Source of the DNA: Candidatus Altimarinota bacterium
Lineage (GTDB): Bacteria > Patescibacteriota > Gracilibacteria > UBA1369
NCBI GenBank assembly: GCA_041659405.1
Contig: JBAZYK010000001.1
Location: 30,001-62,000 of the forward strand
Direction of reading: 5' to 3'
Length of the DNA stretch: 32,000 nucleotides
The notes beneath the pieces are model-generated. The model was not told the DNA's origin. It saw only the letters and a list, made by a program, of their open reading frames with translations, and ran no database searches. Positions within the stretch are counted from its first letter, which is position 1; every line of letters starts with the position of its first letter. Shown piece by piece: positions 1 to 8,858 of the stretch. Made by a program: the position numbers and the translations under genes.

Positions 1-309
1 GCTGCCATAAGCCATTTCGTGATTGCCATAGAAAAAGGCAATACCCTGGCCGAGTCTTTTGCATCATATCCAAAATTATTCCCTAAAATGTTTAAATACA
101 TGATTGCCATGGGCGAAAGGACCGGAAGTTTGGATTCCACGCTTAAATATTTGAGCGACTTTTATGAATCGGAAGTGGATACAACCGTTAAAAATCTATC
201 TACAATCATTGAACCGTTTTTGTTGATTTTCATTGGAGGCATTGTGGGTGTAGTTGCATTGTCTATTTTAGGTCCGATTTATTCGATTACCGGCGGAATC
301 AAAAAATAA
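1..309 (+). CDS. Type II secretion / type IV pilus inner-membrane protein, GspF/PilC family, C-terminal part (truncated by window start)
   Basis: Frame is open from base 1 (…HFVIAIEKGNTLAESF…); GspF/PilC-like C-terminal region ending in TM segment IEPFLLIFIGGIVGVVALSILGPIYSI. Confidence 0.85.
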   Translation, partial: AAISHFVIAIEKGNTLAESFASYPKLFPKMFKYMIAMGERTGSLDSTLKYLSDFYESEVDTTVKNLSTIIEPFLLIFIGGIVGVVALSILGPIYSITGGIKK

Positions 310-329
310 TTAGTAATTAAGAATTAGGG

Positions 330-827
330 ATGAGTAATTGTTTGATTAAACAAATAGCGAAAAAGAAAAAACGAAGCGGGTTTACGTTGTTTGAACTCAT
401 CATTGTAATTGTTATTATTGTGATTATTGCGACAACCGGTTTTACGGTTAGTGCAGGCAGAATAATCAGCAATGATCTGACCACAAAAGTGCATGAAATC
501 ACTTATAATTTGAAGCTGGCCCAAATGCGTTCAATAACCAGATATAAAGATGATACCTGGGGTTTGTATTTTAATGCGGCGGGTCGCACTTTTACCATTT
601 ATAAAGGCGCAAGTTATGCCACCAGAACAACCGCCCATGATCTTGTGCTGAGCATCCCTACCGATTTATCGTTTGGCGCAATAACCTTAAATGGCGGCGG
701 ATCGGAAATTGTTTTTGATAAATTGACCGGAAAAACCACAAAATATGGCACAATTGTGATCACGCCCAGCCAAGGCACGGCTTTAACAATTTCGGTAAAT
801 GCGTTGGGGGTTGTAGATATTAATTAG
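330..827 (+). CDS. Prepilin-type N-terminal cleavage/methylation domain protein (GspH/FimT-like pseudopilin)
   Basis: KKRSGFTLFELIIVIVIIVIIATTGF prepilin motif (G^FTLxE), followed by a beta-rich pseudopilin body. Confidence 0.85.
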   Translation: MSNCLIKQIAKKKKRSGFTLFELIIVIVIIVIIATTGFTVSAGRIISNDLTTKVHEITYNLKLAQMRSITRYKDDTWGLYFNAAGRTFTIYKGASYATRTTAHDLVLSIPTDLSFGAITLNGGGSEIVFDKLTGKTTKYGTIVITPSQGTALTISVNALGVVDIN

Positions 828-874
828 ATTTTTAAAGGGATCAAGCTTTAAATTAGGCTTTTTTGACGAATTTA

Positions 875-908
875 TTTATGCTAAAGTCTGGCAGCATAAA
901 GCTTTTTT
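875..908 (+). terminator. Terminator-like hairpin TTTATGCT-N10-AGCATAAA followed by GCTTTTTT
   Basis: 8-bp perfect stem (875-882 / 893-900) followed by a T-run at 903-908, directly before the annotated nadA ATG. Confidence 0.55.
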
Positions 909-1967
909 ATGACTATTGTGGCTGAAAAATCAGGTAAGGAACCCGCTCCGCTTGCGGTACAAATGGGCACTTCCGTGGAAGCAGACTTGTTAAAAGAAAC
1001 CGACCGTCTTTTCCGGAAGCTGCAGCATGCCCATTTTACGCGTGAACAGTGTGCCCGCGTGGCTTTGCTCACTTTAGAGATTAACGCCCTCAAAAAGGCC
1101 AGAAACGCGGTAATTTTGGCTCATTCTTATCAGACTCCGGATATTCTTTTTGGAATCGCGGATTTCCAGGGGGATTCTTATCAACTCAGCAAAAAAGCGG
1201 CGGAAACTACAGCAGAGATGATTATTTTTTGTGGAGTGCGATTTATGGCAGAGACTGCCAAAATTTTAAATCCAAGTAAAACTGTTATTTTGCCTGCGGT
1301 AAAGGCCGGTTGTTCATTGGCCGATTCCATTACCGCGGATGATGTAAGGACTTTAAAAGCGCAGCACCCGGGCGTGCCGGTTGTTTGTTATGTAAATACA
1401 TCGGCGGAAGTTAAGGCTGAATCCGATGCCTGTTGCACTTCTGCCAATGCTTTAAAGATTGTTGAAGCTTTACCGGGTGATGAAGTTATTTTTATTCCCG
1501 ATGAATTCATGGCCAAAAATCTTCAGGCAAAAACCGGGAAAAAAATTATTTCCTGGAATGGAAAATGTATTGTGCACAAAGATTTTAAAGCTGCCAAAAT
1601 CGAGCAATTCCGTAAACTTTATCCCGGATTAAAAGTTTTTGCGCATACCGAATGTGCGCCTGAGGTAGCGTTATCTGCCGATTTGGCCTGTGGAACCGGC
1701 GACATGATTCGTGAAGTGACAAAAACCGATGCTCCCGCCTATATGCTGATAACCGAGTGCAGTTTTTCGGATCGCTTGCGGGTGGATTTTCCGGAGAAAA
1801 AATTTCTTGGTATGTGCGCACTTTGCCCTTACATGAAAATGAATACTTTGCCGGTAATTTTACAAACATTGCGTGATCCTAAGCCTGAACAGTTTATTGA
1901 AATTCCAGAAAATATACGTGTTGGCGCGGAAAAATCATTAAAAAAAATGTTCGAGATTGGTGCTTAA
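909..1967 (+). CDS. nadA: Quinolinate synthase NadA (true start may be 963 or another downstream codon)
   Basis: NAVILAHSYQTPDI, MYITECSFSDRLRVDFPEKKFLGMCALCPYMKMNTL region, spaced cysteines typical of the 4Fe-4S NadA family. Confidence 0.93.
   Translation: MTIVAEKSGKEPAPLAVQMGTSVEADLLKETDRLFRKLQHAHFTREQCARVALLTLEINALKKARNAVILAHSYQTPDILFGIADFQGDSYQLSKKAAETTAEMIIFCGVRFMAETAKILNPSKTVILPAVKAGCSLADSITADDVRTLKAQHPGVPVVCYVNTSAEVKAESDACCTSANALKIVEALPGDEVIFIPDEFMAKNLQAKTGKKIISWNGKCIVHKDFKAAKIEQFRKLYPGLKVFAHTECAPEVALSADLACGTGDMIREVTKTDAPAYMLITECSFSDRLRVDFPEKKFLGMCALCPYMKMNTLPVILQTLRDPKPEQFIEIPENIRVGAEKSLKKMFEIGA
938..979 (+). repeat. Copy A of a dispersed coding-embedded element
   Basis: 938-973 matches 16143-16178 at 30/36 ungapped; shares exact 14-mer CGCTCCGCTTGCGG (944-957) with copy B. 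Confidence 0.75.
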
Positions 1968-1997
1968 TTTAATAGACAAAAATAACTTTAATTCTTC

Positions 1998-2795
1998 ATG
2001 GCCAGAACTTACCGTTTTTTCTTAAGGAACAGCTCCCCTCCTGCAAAAGATTTTGATTTGTTGGCTCAAACCGAGCCTGAAATAGTCTTCCAAATCAGCA
2101 CGGTGTTAAGAGGCAAGACCAGTGACGAAGTGGTTTTGCTTACTCCGGATAATGATGAAGCCGGGGTGGAGTGTCGTTTTAAAATTGTGGAAGCAAATAA
2201 GCACCATGTGAAGCTGGAATTTGTGGATAGCAAAGAAAATAAAAACGAACTTCCGTTTACTTTAAGGGTTTTATTGTGTCTGCCAAATAAGCCGGATAAG
2301 CTTGATTTTATGCTGCAAAAAGCCGTAGAAGTGGGAGTGCAGGAAATCGTTTTGCTGGAAAGTGATTATTCACAAATGAAACATCATCTTAAACCGGAAC
2401 GAATCCAAAAAATCATTATGGAAGCGGCTGAACAGTGTGAACGAGCCAAAATTTCCTCATTTGAAATGGGTGGTAAACTACATAATTTTCTGGAGTCTAA
2501 TCAAAAAAAAGAAACTATTTTGGTGGCAATGGAGCGAATGGGGCTCGCTCCGCTTGCGGATGCGCAAAAAGAAATGAGCACTTTAGATTCGGTTGCGGCG
2601 ATCTTCAAAAAAAATATTCAGCAATTTAACGAACTTAATTTACTGATCGGCCCGGAAGGTGGCTTTAGTGAGGCTGAAAAGGAATATATCAAAACTCTTG
2701 GGCTACAATGCTTTTCTTTAGGTCCACGTATTTTGCGAATGGAAACGGCAATGCTGCTTAGTTCCGGTCTGGCTTCTCTGCTGGATCTTCAATAA
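1998..2795 (+). CDS. rsmE: 16S rRNA (uracil(1498)-N(3))-methyltransferase, RsmE family
   Basis: KAVEVGVQEIVLLESDYSQ, LLIGPEGGFSEAEKEYI, LGPRILRMETA RsmE SPOUT motifs. Confidence 0.92.
   Translation: MARTYRFFLRNSSPPAKDFDLLAQTEPEIVFQISTVLRGKTSDEVVLLTPDNDEAGVECRFKIVEANKHHVKLEFVDSKENKNELPFTLRVLLCLPNKPDKLDFMLQKAVEVGVQEIVLLESDYSQMKHHLKPERIQKIIMEAAEQCERAKISSFEMGGKLHNFLESNQKKETILVAMERMGLAPLADAQKEMSTLDSVAAIFKKNIQQFNELNLLIGPEGGFSEAEKEYIKTLGLQCFSLGPRILRMETAMLLSSGLASLLDLQ
2540..2583 (+). repeat. Copy B of the dispersed coding-embedded element (contains a several-nt internal insertion)
   Basis: GGGGCTCGCTCCGCTTGCGG then GAAATGAGCACTT; 17/20 and 11/13 matches to the two blocks of copy E. Confidence 0.65.
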
Positions 2796-3465
2796 GCGAA
2801 GATGTAACACCGGTGTCTTGAAGGCCGCTCTTTTTGTAATAGGCTCTGACAATAGTAAAAATACCAAAGCCAACAGCCAATAAAAGCACCATGGCATTAA
2901 AATCTTTCACTATCGACATTAGCAGTGGAATGTTGTTGCCAAGCGCATATCCAAATACGCCAAAGGTGATTGCCCAAACAATACCTCCTGTAAGGTTATA
3001 AAAGAAAAAAGTTGGATAATGCATATCAAAAATTCCGGCAAAAACGGCGGCGTAAGTTCTAATAATGGCGATAAAACGCCCAATAAAGACTGTTTTATTT
3101 CCGTGTTTTTTATAAAATTTCTCCGCTCTTTCAATGTGTTTGTAATGAAAAAGTGGAAAGTGCTCGAATTTTTTAATGATTTTGCGGCCGAATTTTTTAC
3201 CGACAAGATAACCCAAATTATCGCCGGTGACCGCGGCAACCATTGAAACAATGATTACTCCAACAAGGTTTAAATGTCCTAAAGAAGCCGCCACCCCACC
3301 TAGAATTAAAGAGGATTCTCCGGGGAATGGAATTCCAATGCATTCCAAAAAAATAATCGCCCCAATTATGACGTAACCATAGTTTTGAATGAGTTCAACA
3401 ATAACGTTTAGATTTTCCATAGAGAATGGTTGAAGCACCCAGTTGCAGCCCTGGCAGTTTAGCAC
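2758..3465 (-). CDS. DedA family membrane protein (SNARE-associated/VTT domain)
   Basis: GIPFPGESSLILGG, DNLGYLVGKKFG, FIGRFIAIIRTYAAVFAG motifs. Confidence 0.9.
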   Translation of the reverse strand: MLNCQGCNWVLQPFSMENLNVIVELIQNYGYVIIGAIIFLECIGIPFPGESSLILGGVAASLGHLNLVGVIIVSMVAAVTGDNLGYLVGKKFGRKIIKKFEHFPLFHYKHIERAEKFYKKHGNKTVFIGRFIAIIRTYAAVFAGIFDMHYPTFFFYNLTGGIVWAITFGVFGYALGNNIPLLMSIVKDFNAMVLLLAVGFGIFTIVRAYYKKSGLQDTGVTSSLIEDPAEKPDRN

Positions 3466-3609
3466 TTTTTAAGTGTCGCTGGAAGGCGAACAACGTGAGG
3501 GGATTTTCTGTACAAAAAAAGGCTTCTCTTTAAGTGTAGACCTGAACAATTATCCAAATGATTATTCCGGTGACTAGGCAATTGATTAACCATTTGAGTA
3601 TACAGGTGA

Positions 3610-4404
3610 CTAATCAAAAATTTGGTGGAGGTATTTTAGGGCTAGAGTTTGATCAATAAAGAAAGGGGAAGTTGCAACTGTTATAAGGCTTGCCTGTGGG
3701 ACTAATCTCCGCAGCACCTCAACTTTAAGTTTGTTATCGATATAATCAAATTCAGGCGCAAAATAATCCAGATCAATATCCAGAATCATGTTGGGTGCAG
3801 GGTTTTGGAAAGCGGAGTTTATTTTTTGTGCCAGTTCTAAGAGCGAGGTTTCTGAATTAACAAAAATAATCTCTTTAATAAGACCAATGTGCTCGGCGGC
3901 GGGAATAAAATTCCCAACATTTAAAACTGTGTTGGTATAGGTGAAAACTTTTTCCAGATTAGTGGAATCTTCTTTGGTTAAAAAACTTTCCGGAATGCGA
4001 TTATCTTTGTGCTGATCCACATGGATCAACGTGGCTCCATCCTGCAGGAAACCTTCCTTCCTTCCTTCCAACCAAAAATAAAAAGCATGATTGTGGTTAT
4101 CGAAAATATAAATTGGAGCTCGCTCTGTTGGCGGCGGAAATAGGCACTTTGTGCGTGCTGGAATATCTTCAGAATTCAACGAAGATCCGCTGACAAAAGT
4201 TTTAATAAAATTTTCGAGTCCTTTGCAGGAATTTAATTTTTCTTGATCGTCAAAATCTTCAAAAACTATTTCGTTGCCCAATTTCACATCGTTAATTGCA
4301 CCTTCTTTAATGGCTGGCACATAGATTTGTGGATTTGGTCGTTTATCAAAATTAAAAGCATTGTTTGAAACAGGTTTTGTGATCAGAAACGGCTTTTGAT
4401 ACAT
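3610..4404 (-). CDS. UPF0489 family protein (arginase-like fold; family includes peptide arginases)
   Basis: IYIFDNHNHAFYFW, LIHVDQHKDNRIPES, MILDIDLDYFAPE: metal-ligand type H/D motifs of this family. Confidence 0.75.
   Translation of the reverse strand: MYQKPFLITKPVSNNAFNFDKRPNPQIYVPAIKEGAINDVKLGNEIVFEDFDDQEKLNSCKGLENFIKTFVSGSSLNSEDIPARTKCLFPPPTERAPIYIFDNHNHAFYFWLEGRKEGFLQDGATLIHVDQHKDNRIPESFLTKEDSTNLEKVFTYTNTVLNVGNFIPAAEHIGLIKEIIFVNSETSLLELAQKINSAFQNPAPNMILDIDLDYFAPEFDYIDNKLKVEVLRRLVPQASLITVATSPFFIDQTLALKYLHQIFD
4113..4162 (+). repeat. Copy C of the dispersed coding-embedded element
   Basis: 42/50 ungapped identity to 16141-16190. Confidence 0.85.
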
Positions 4405-4500
4405 ATTTATTGGCTTAACAACTGGAAATGTTTTAGTTTATCTCATAAAAACATACAAAATCACCCTTGTCACTCTTTTAATTGATGGATTTGTTCAAAT

Positions 4501-5649
4501 GTGTTTTTTTGGATAGAATGGCTGCGTTTATTTTTGAATCTTTGTATGCCAACTTCTTCGCCTTCTAAATCCGCTTCTAATCCACGCAAATATTTTCCGG
4601 AACTGGATTTTATTAAGGCTGTAGCCATTCTGCTGGTTGTCGCTTTCCATTTTTGGGGACAAATTTCAGATTGGCACATGAGAGTTGTGGGGAGTGACTG
4701 GTTTTTTGCTTATTGGAAAAATTTGAGTGTGAGTGGATTTGGCGATATGGCGTTGGGACTTTTGAAATTCAAGGAAGGTTATTTCTATTTGGGCGTAAAT
4801 TTATTTGTGATTGCCTCCGGTTTTGGACTTTATTTTTCTTATTTAAAAGAAGGGCAGGTTTTTAATTTGAAAAACTTTTTCTCAAAAAGAATTTGGCGAT
4901 TAATTCCCGGGGCCGTACTTGGCTTAGTGATTGTCTTTTTGGTCAAAGGTGTGTTTTTGGATTATTGGGCGATTGAAAACTGGTATTTAAACCTGTTGCC
5001 ATTTTTGGGTGGATTAAATCTTTTTTCGGATAACTGGTTTTTCCCTCCAATTAACGGAGAAATGTGGTTTTTAGGCCTTGTTATTCAGCTATATTTATTT
5101 TTCCCTTTGCTGTGTAAAGCGTATTCCAAACTTGGAGAAAAAAAGTTCCTAATTTTACTTTTTGGGATTTCGGTTATTTTTAGAACAGCCTATTACATAT
5201 TCTGGAAGGACACCGTTTCCAGTTTGAGTTATGGCCTTAGCTTAGGCAGACTTTTTGAATTTGGATTTGGAATGGTTCTGGCAAAAAAATCTTTTGAGGG
5301 GAAAAAATTATCTTTATGGTGGATAAGCGGTTTGTTAATGTTTTTGGGATACTTTTTTGCGCCAAGCTTCCCTTTTACTGATTCGTTATTGGGAATTGGA
5401 TTTTTTACTCTGCTTTGGGCGGTTGCGCAAAAATTCAGCTCATTTGCTTCCTTGAAAATTTTCAAACAAATCGCACTGCAAAGCTATTTAATGTTTCTGA
5501 TTCATCATCCTTTTATTTGGATTTTGAACAAATATGGTGTTAATGATTTTTGGAACCTTTTTGGCATCTTAATCTTTGTTGGAGTTTTTGCGCTTTCATA
5601 CCTGGTTGCCGCAGCCGGAAACTGGCTTCTGCAAAAGGCAAAAGTTTGA
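4501..5649 (+). CDS. Acyltransferase 3 (OafA/YrhL-like) membrane protein; start may be 4546
   Basis: ELDFIKAVAILLVVAFHFW, NGEMWFLGLVIQLYLFFPLL, MFLIHHPFIW; multiple TM helices. Confidence 0.88.
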   Translation: MFFWIEWLRLFLNLCMPTSSPSKSASNPRKYFPELDFIKAVAILLVVAFHFWGQISDWHMRVVGSDWFFAYWKNLSVSGFGDMALGLLKFKEGYFYLGVNLFVIASGFGLYFSYLKEGQVFNLKNFFSKRIWRLIPGAVLGLVIVFLVKGVFLDYWAIENWYLNLLPFLGGLNLFSDNWFFPPINGEMWFLGLVIQLYLFFPLLCKAYSKLGEKKFLILLFGISVIFRTAYYIFWKDTVSSLSYGLSLGRLFEFGFGMVLAKKSFEGKKLSLWWISGLLMFLGYFFAPSFPFTDSLLGIGFFTLLWAVAQKFSSFASLKIFKQIALQSYLMFLIHHPFIWILNKYGVNDFWNLFGILIFVGVFALSYLVAAAGNWLLQKAKV

Positions 5650-5678
5650 TTCTAACAGTTAGAAATTAACCGGTAAAA

Positions 5679-6428
5679 TTATTTGGTGAATTTAAAAGTG
5701 TTAAACACTTGCTGAAAGATGGACAAAACCGTTTTTTCTTCAAAAGGCTTTGGTGCGCCCGGCACATATCCACCTTTACCATCGGAATAATTATTCATAT
5801 TGGCATAATATTCCACAAGCCCAACTTTATAGCAATTGCCCTTATAAACAGTGGCATAACCATAATTCTTGCCAATGTTTCCAGCCGCGCCTTCCTGCCA
5901 ATTATCAGTATAAAAATTGATACCATTTTCCAATGTTTTTAAAGTAAGTTTTGTACCATCATATTCACTGGTTAAACATTTCCCGTCATCTTTGTAGGCA
6001 ACAACATTAATGTTTGCGTTATGCAAATTGGTGCCGCTGGTAAATGTTCCCGGATAGGCAATAGAAAAGATAGTATTCCCATTTTTTCCGGTCGTTTGAT
6101 ACCCCTTTGGATAACTCACCCTAAAGCCCCAATTAATGTCGTTATAGTTATAGGTATCCCAGGTAGAAATTTGGGTAGCAGGTGGAACCGATTGAAGAGT
6201 GGGCGTGATACTGGAAAGAAGTCCATTTTGGGTTTGTGCCTGCGTTTGGAGTTGGGTTTGAGTTTGAGTTTGAGTCTGAGTAACAACTTGAGTTACAGTG
6301 GTTTGTTCAGGAGTCTGAGTAACAACTTGAGTTGCAATGTTTTGATCGGGATTTTGAGGTGTGGAATTACCGCATCCTGCCAACAACAATGCCGAAATCG
6401 CCACAAAAGCCAAATATTTTGGTTTCAT
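5679..6428 (-). CDS. Hypothetical lipoprotein with Gln/Thr-rich repetitive linker
   Basis: Signal and lipobox LLLAGC; linker TQTQTQTQTQLQTQAQTQ; globular C-terminal region. Confidence 0.7.
   Translation of the reverse strand: MKPKYLAFVAISALLLAGCGNSTPQNPDQNIATQVVTQTPEQTTVTQVVTQTQTQTQTQLQTQAQTQNGLLSSITPTLQSVPPATQISTWDTYNYNDINWGFRVSYPKGYQTTGKNGNTIFSIAYPGTFTSGTNLHNANINVVAYKDDGKCLTSEYDGTKLTLKTLENGINFYTDNWQEGAAGNIGKNYGYATVYKGNCYKVGLVEYYANMNNYSDGKGGYVPGAPKPFEEKTVLSIFQQVFNTFKFTK
6242..6333. repeat. Low-complexity GAGTTT-type hexamer tract plus 23-bp exact direct repeat GAGTCTGAGTAACAACTTGAGTT (6272-6294 and 6311-6333)
   Basis: Read directly from sequence. Confidence 0.85.
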
Positions 6429-6563
6429 AAAGAAAGGAGTTAATGAATTGAATATGCTTTATCATACTCTCTTTTTAACTTTTTTAGATTTTTTTAATAA
6501 ATTGTTTAGATTTTTTTAATGTTTGTGGTATAAAATGGGGTAAAGTTTATTAATTTTTTGGCA

Positions 6564-7067
6564 ATGGATATAAATATTCGCCAATTGGTTGCTAAAGATG
6601 CCGCTCAGTATAAAGATTTGCGGATCAAGGCTCTGCGAACAGATGCTGATGCTTTTTTAATGACCATGCCGGAAGAAAATGATTTTGATTTGGATCATGT
6701 GAAAAAGAAGATTGAAACCGATTATGCTTTGGGCGCATTTGATCAGGAAAAATTGATAGGCAGCCTGCTTCTTATCAGGCAAGTGCCCCTAAAATTCAGG
6801 CATATTGGTATTTTGGGTGGAATGTATGTTGATACAGCCTATAGAAATAAAGGAATCGGACGGCTACTTATTAAAACCATGCTTCAATATATCAAAACTT
6901 TGCCTGATGTTTATTCACTACAGTTGAAAGTGGTTACAGATAATGTTCCAGCACTAAATTTGTATGAATCTTTTGGATTTAAGACTTGGGCTGCAGAAAA
7001 AAACGCTTTAAAAGACGGCGAGCGCTTTTTGGACCAATTTCATATGATGTACGTAATGGAAAGGTAG
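6564..7067 (+). CDS. GNAT family N-acetyltransferase (ATG start at 6564 rather than the TTG at 6558)
   Basis: GGMYVDTAYRNKGIGRLLIKTMLQYI (motif A), NVPALNLYESFGFKTW (motif B). Confidence 0.9.
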   Translation: MDINIRQLVAKDAAQYKDLRIKALRTDADAFLMTMPEENDFDLDHVKKKIETDYALGAFDQEKLIGSLLLIRQVPLKFRHIGILGGMYVDTAYRNKGIGRLLIKTMLQYIKTLPDVYSLQLKVVTDNVPALNLYESFGFKTWAAEKNALKDGERFLDQFHMMYVMER

Positions 7068-7226
7068 TTTATTTGGTGTCCTTAGCCCTGCTTTGATAAA
7101 TAAATAAGATGGCTTATCTTAGCCGTTATTTGTTTTCGAGCTTGCTGATTTTAGCTGATTTGCTGTACAAATTCTGCTTTTTTGTTATAGTACCCTCCTT
7201 TTGAGAGTTTTTAAAACAATTGGCAC

Positions 7227-8039
7227 ATGAAAGCAAAACTGATTGCAGGATTATCAATTTTTGTGGTTGCAGCAACAATTACCAGCATTTTGAGCCAGGT
7301 AAAAGCCAACGGGTGTTCGGATATTGGTTTTATTGCAGGGGCAAGGCCTGATCCCAATACGGGCCTTTTAATAATTTCCACTGTTCCACAAATTTCCGAG
7401 GAGTGTGAAAAGAAGGTGAATGCTCCCGTGATTGCTAAAAGTAATCCAAAAGTTGCAAGTTCCCCCCAGGATCAGCCTGAAGTTTATTATCAATCAATGG
7501 CTTCCGCTCCGCAGGTTAATATCGTGCCAAATGAGGTTTCAGTGCCGGAAGTTGTTCAAATACCAGCGCCGAACATTGTGAACCCGCCAGCTCAAATCGA
7601 GCCAAAGATTGTTCCAGCTCCGCGGCCGATTGCTCAAACATCAGCTCCAAAAACAATTAAATTACCTGCTGCTGTACGGCCGGCCGTACAACCAATTGTT
7701 ACAAAGCCAAAAAGTACGGCGATTTTAGTGGAAAAACCTTCAACTGCTTTGGGCACGGCTCTTAATTTGGATAAATTAAGTGTGGCGGTGGCAATGCAAG
7801 AAACTCATAATTGTAAGGATAAAACCGGATCTGCGCTTTTGAATAATTGTCATGGCTTTAAGAAAAATGGGAAATTTATGAAGTTCAACAACCAGGCTGA
7901 AAGCCACGCGTATTTCAAACAATTGTGGGCAAAAAGTTATAAAACTTTTCCAAATCTACGTTTAGCCCAAATTTACAGTGGCAACGACAGGGCTCAAACG
8001 TGGCTAAAAAACGTGACCTACTATTACTATAATTCGTAG
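7227..8039 (+). CDS. Secreted protein with Pro-rich linker and C-terminal glucosaminidase/lysozyme-like domain
   Basis: N-terminal signal/TM, long P/V-rich linker, then LSVAVAMQETHNCKDK…NNCHGFKKNGKFMKFNNQAESHAYFKQLWAKSY…AQIYSGNDRAQTWLKNV. Confidence 0.55.
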   Translation: MKAKLIAGLSIFVVAATITSILSQVKANGCSDIGFIAGARPDPNTGLLIISTVPQISEECEKKVNAPVIAKSNPKVASSPQDQPEVYYQSMASAPQVNIVPNEVSVPEVVQIPAPNIVNPPAQIEPKIVPAPRPIAQTSAPKTIKLPAAVRPAVQPIVTKPKSTAILVEKPSTALGTALNLDKLSVAVAMQETHNCKDKTGSALLNNCHGFKKNGKFMKFNNQAESHAYFKQLWAKSYKTFPNLRLAQIYSGNDRAQTWLKNVTYYYYNS

Positions 8040-8103
8040 GACACAGTTGCGAGCCTGATTGAATTAACACTTTCTCCAGCTCGGCCTTCCAAAAGTTTGA
8101 TTG

Positions 8104-8793
8104 CTAGAGGGCCAAAGTCACGCCGTCTATACCCATTTTTTCTAATGCGGGAACATCTTTTTCTTCCATTCCCCAGGCGTAAACAAATTGTTGATTTTGG
8201 TGAAGTGTTTGTAAAAGTTGAGGATGGATTTTTTTATAGTTCATGTTAACCCCTTGTGCCTGCATTTTCTGCAGATATTTGCTTAGAACTCGGCCATCGA
8301 TTAAAAGTTCATCAAAAAGAATTGCTGTAGGTGTGACCTGATCAAATTTGCGAAATTCTAGAAGTTCACCATGTAAAAAACTTTGAACGACAATTTCAGA
8401 AGAGTTGAGCTCTCTTCGCTCGCGGTGGAGTGCGTGGTTGTTATATTCTTTAATGAGTTTGGCAATTTGCTCGACGCAATTTAATGATTTTATTTCTACC
8501 AATATTTTTATTTTGCCTTTGCAGAGCTTAAAAACCTGCTCAAGTGTTGGAATACTTTCGCCTTCTTGGGTTTTGAAGGATTGAATTTGCGCTAAGGTAA
8601 GATCACAAACGAATCCCTGGCCATTGGTGGTTCTTTCAAGAGTTGGATCATGAATGACTACAATTTGCCCATCTTTGCTTAAATGCACATCAAGTTCAAC
8701 CATGTCCGCACCGCTTTTGATGGCTGCGGCAAAGGCAGCAAGTGTGTTTTCTGTGGCCTGTAGTTTAGCGCCTCTGTGGGCAATTTTTAGCAT
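8104..8793 (-). CDS. Glycerophosphodiester phosphodiesterase (GDPD) family protein
   Basis: IAHRGAKLQATENTLAAFAAAIKSGADMVELDVHLSKDGQIVVIHDPTLERTT; KILVEIKS; YAWGMEEKD…GIDGVTL. Confidence 0.93.
   Translation of the reverse strand: MLKIAHRGAKLQATENTLAAFAAAIKSGADMVELDVHLSKDGQIVVIHDPTLERTTNGQGFVCDLTLAQIQSFKTQEGESIPTLEQVFKLCKGKIKILVEIKSLNCVEQIAKLIKEYNNHALHRERRELNSSEIVVQSFLHGELLEFRKFDQVTPTAILFDELLIDGRVLSKYLQKMQAQGVNMNYKKIHPQLLQTLHQNQQFVYAWGMEEKDVPALEKMGIDGVTLAL
8405..8441 (+). repeat. Copy F of the dispersed coding-embedded element (short form)
   Basis: GAGCTCTCTTCGCTCGCG (8407-8424) matches copy E at 16/18; followed by GTGCGTG with a shortened middle. Confidence 0.6.
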
Positions 8794-8858
8794 GAGCTGA
8801 TTTTATCATGTAATAAATTTTATCCCTTTTGTTTTTACTTCAAACTTGGCGTAATTGA

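Noticed and set aside
6021-6443. 140-aa plus-strand ORF and 5709-5942 within the lipoprotein gene
   Set aside because: Antisense to a lipoprotein with clear signal and lipobox; Ser/Leu periodicity is a repeat shadow.
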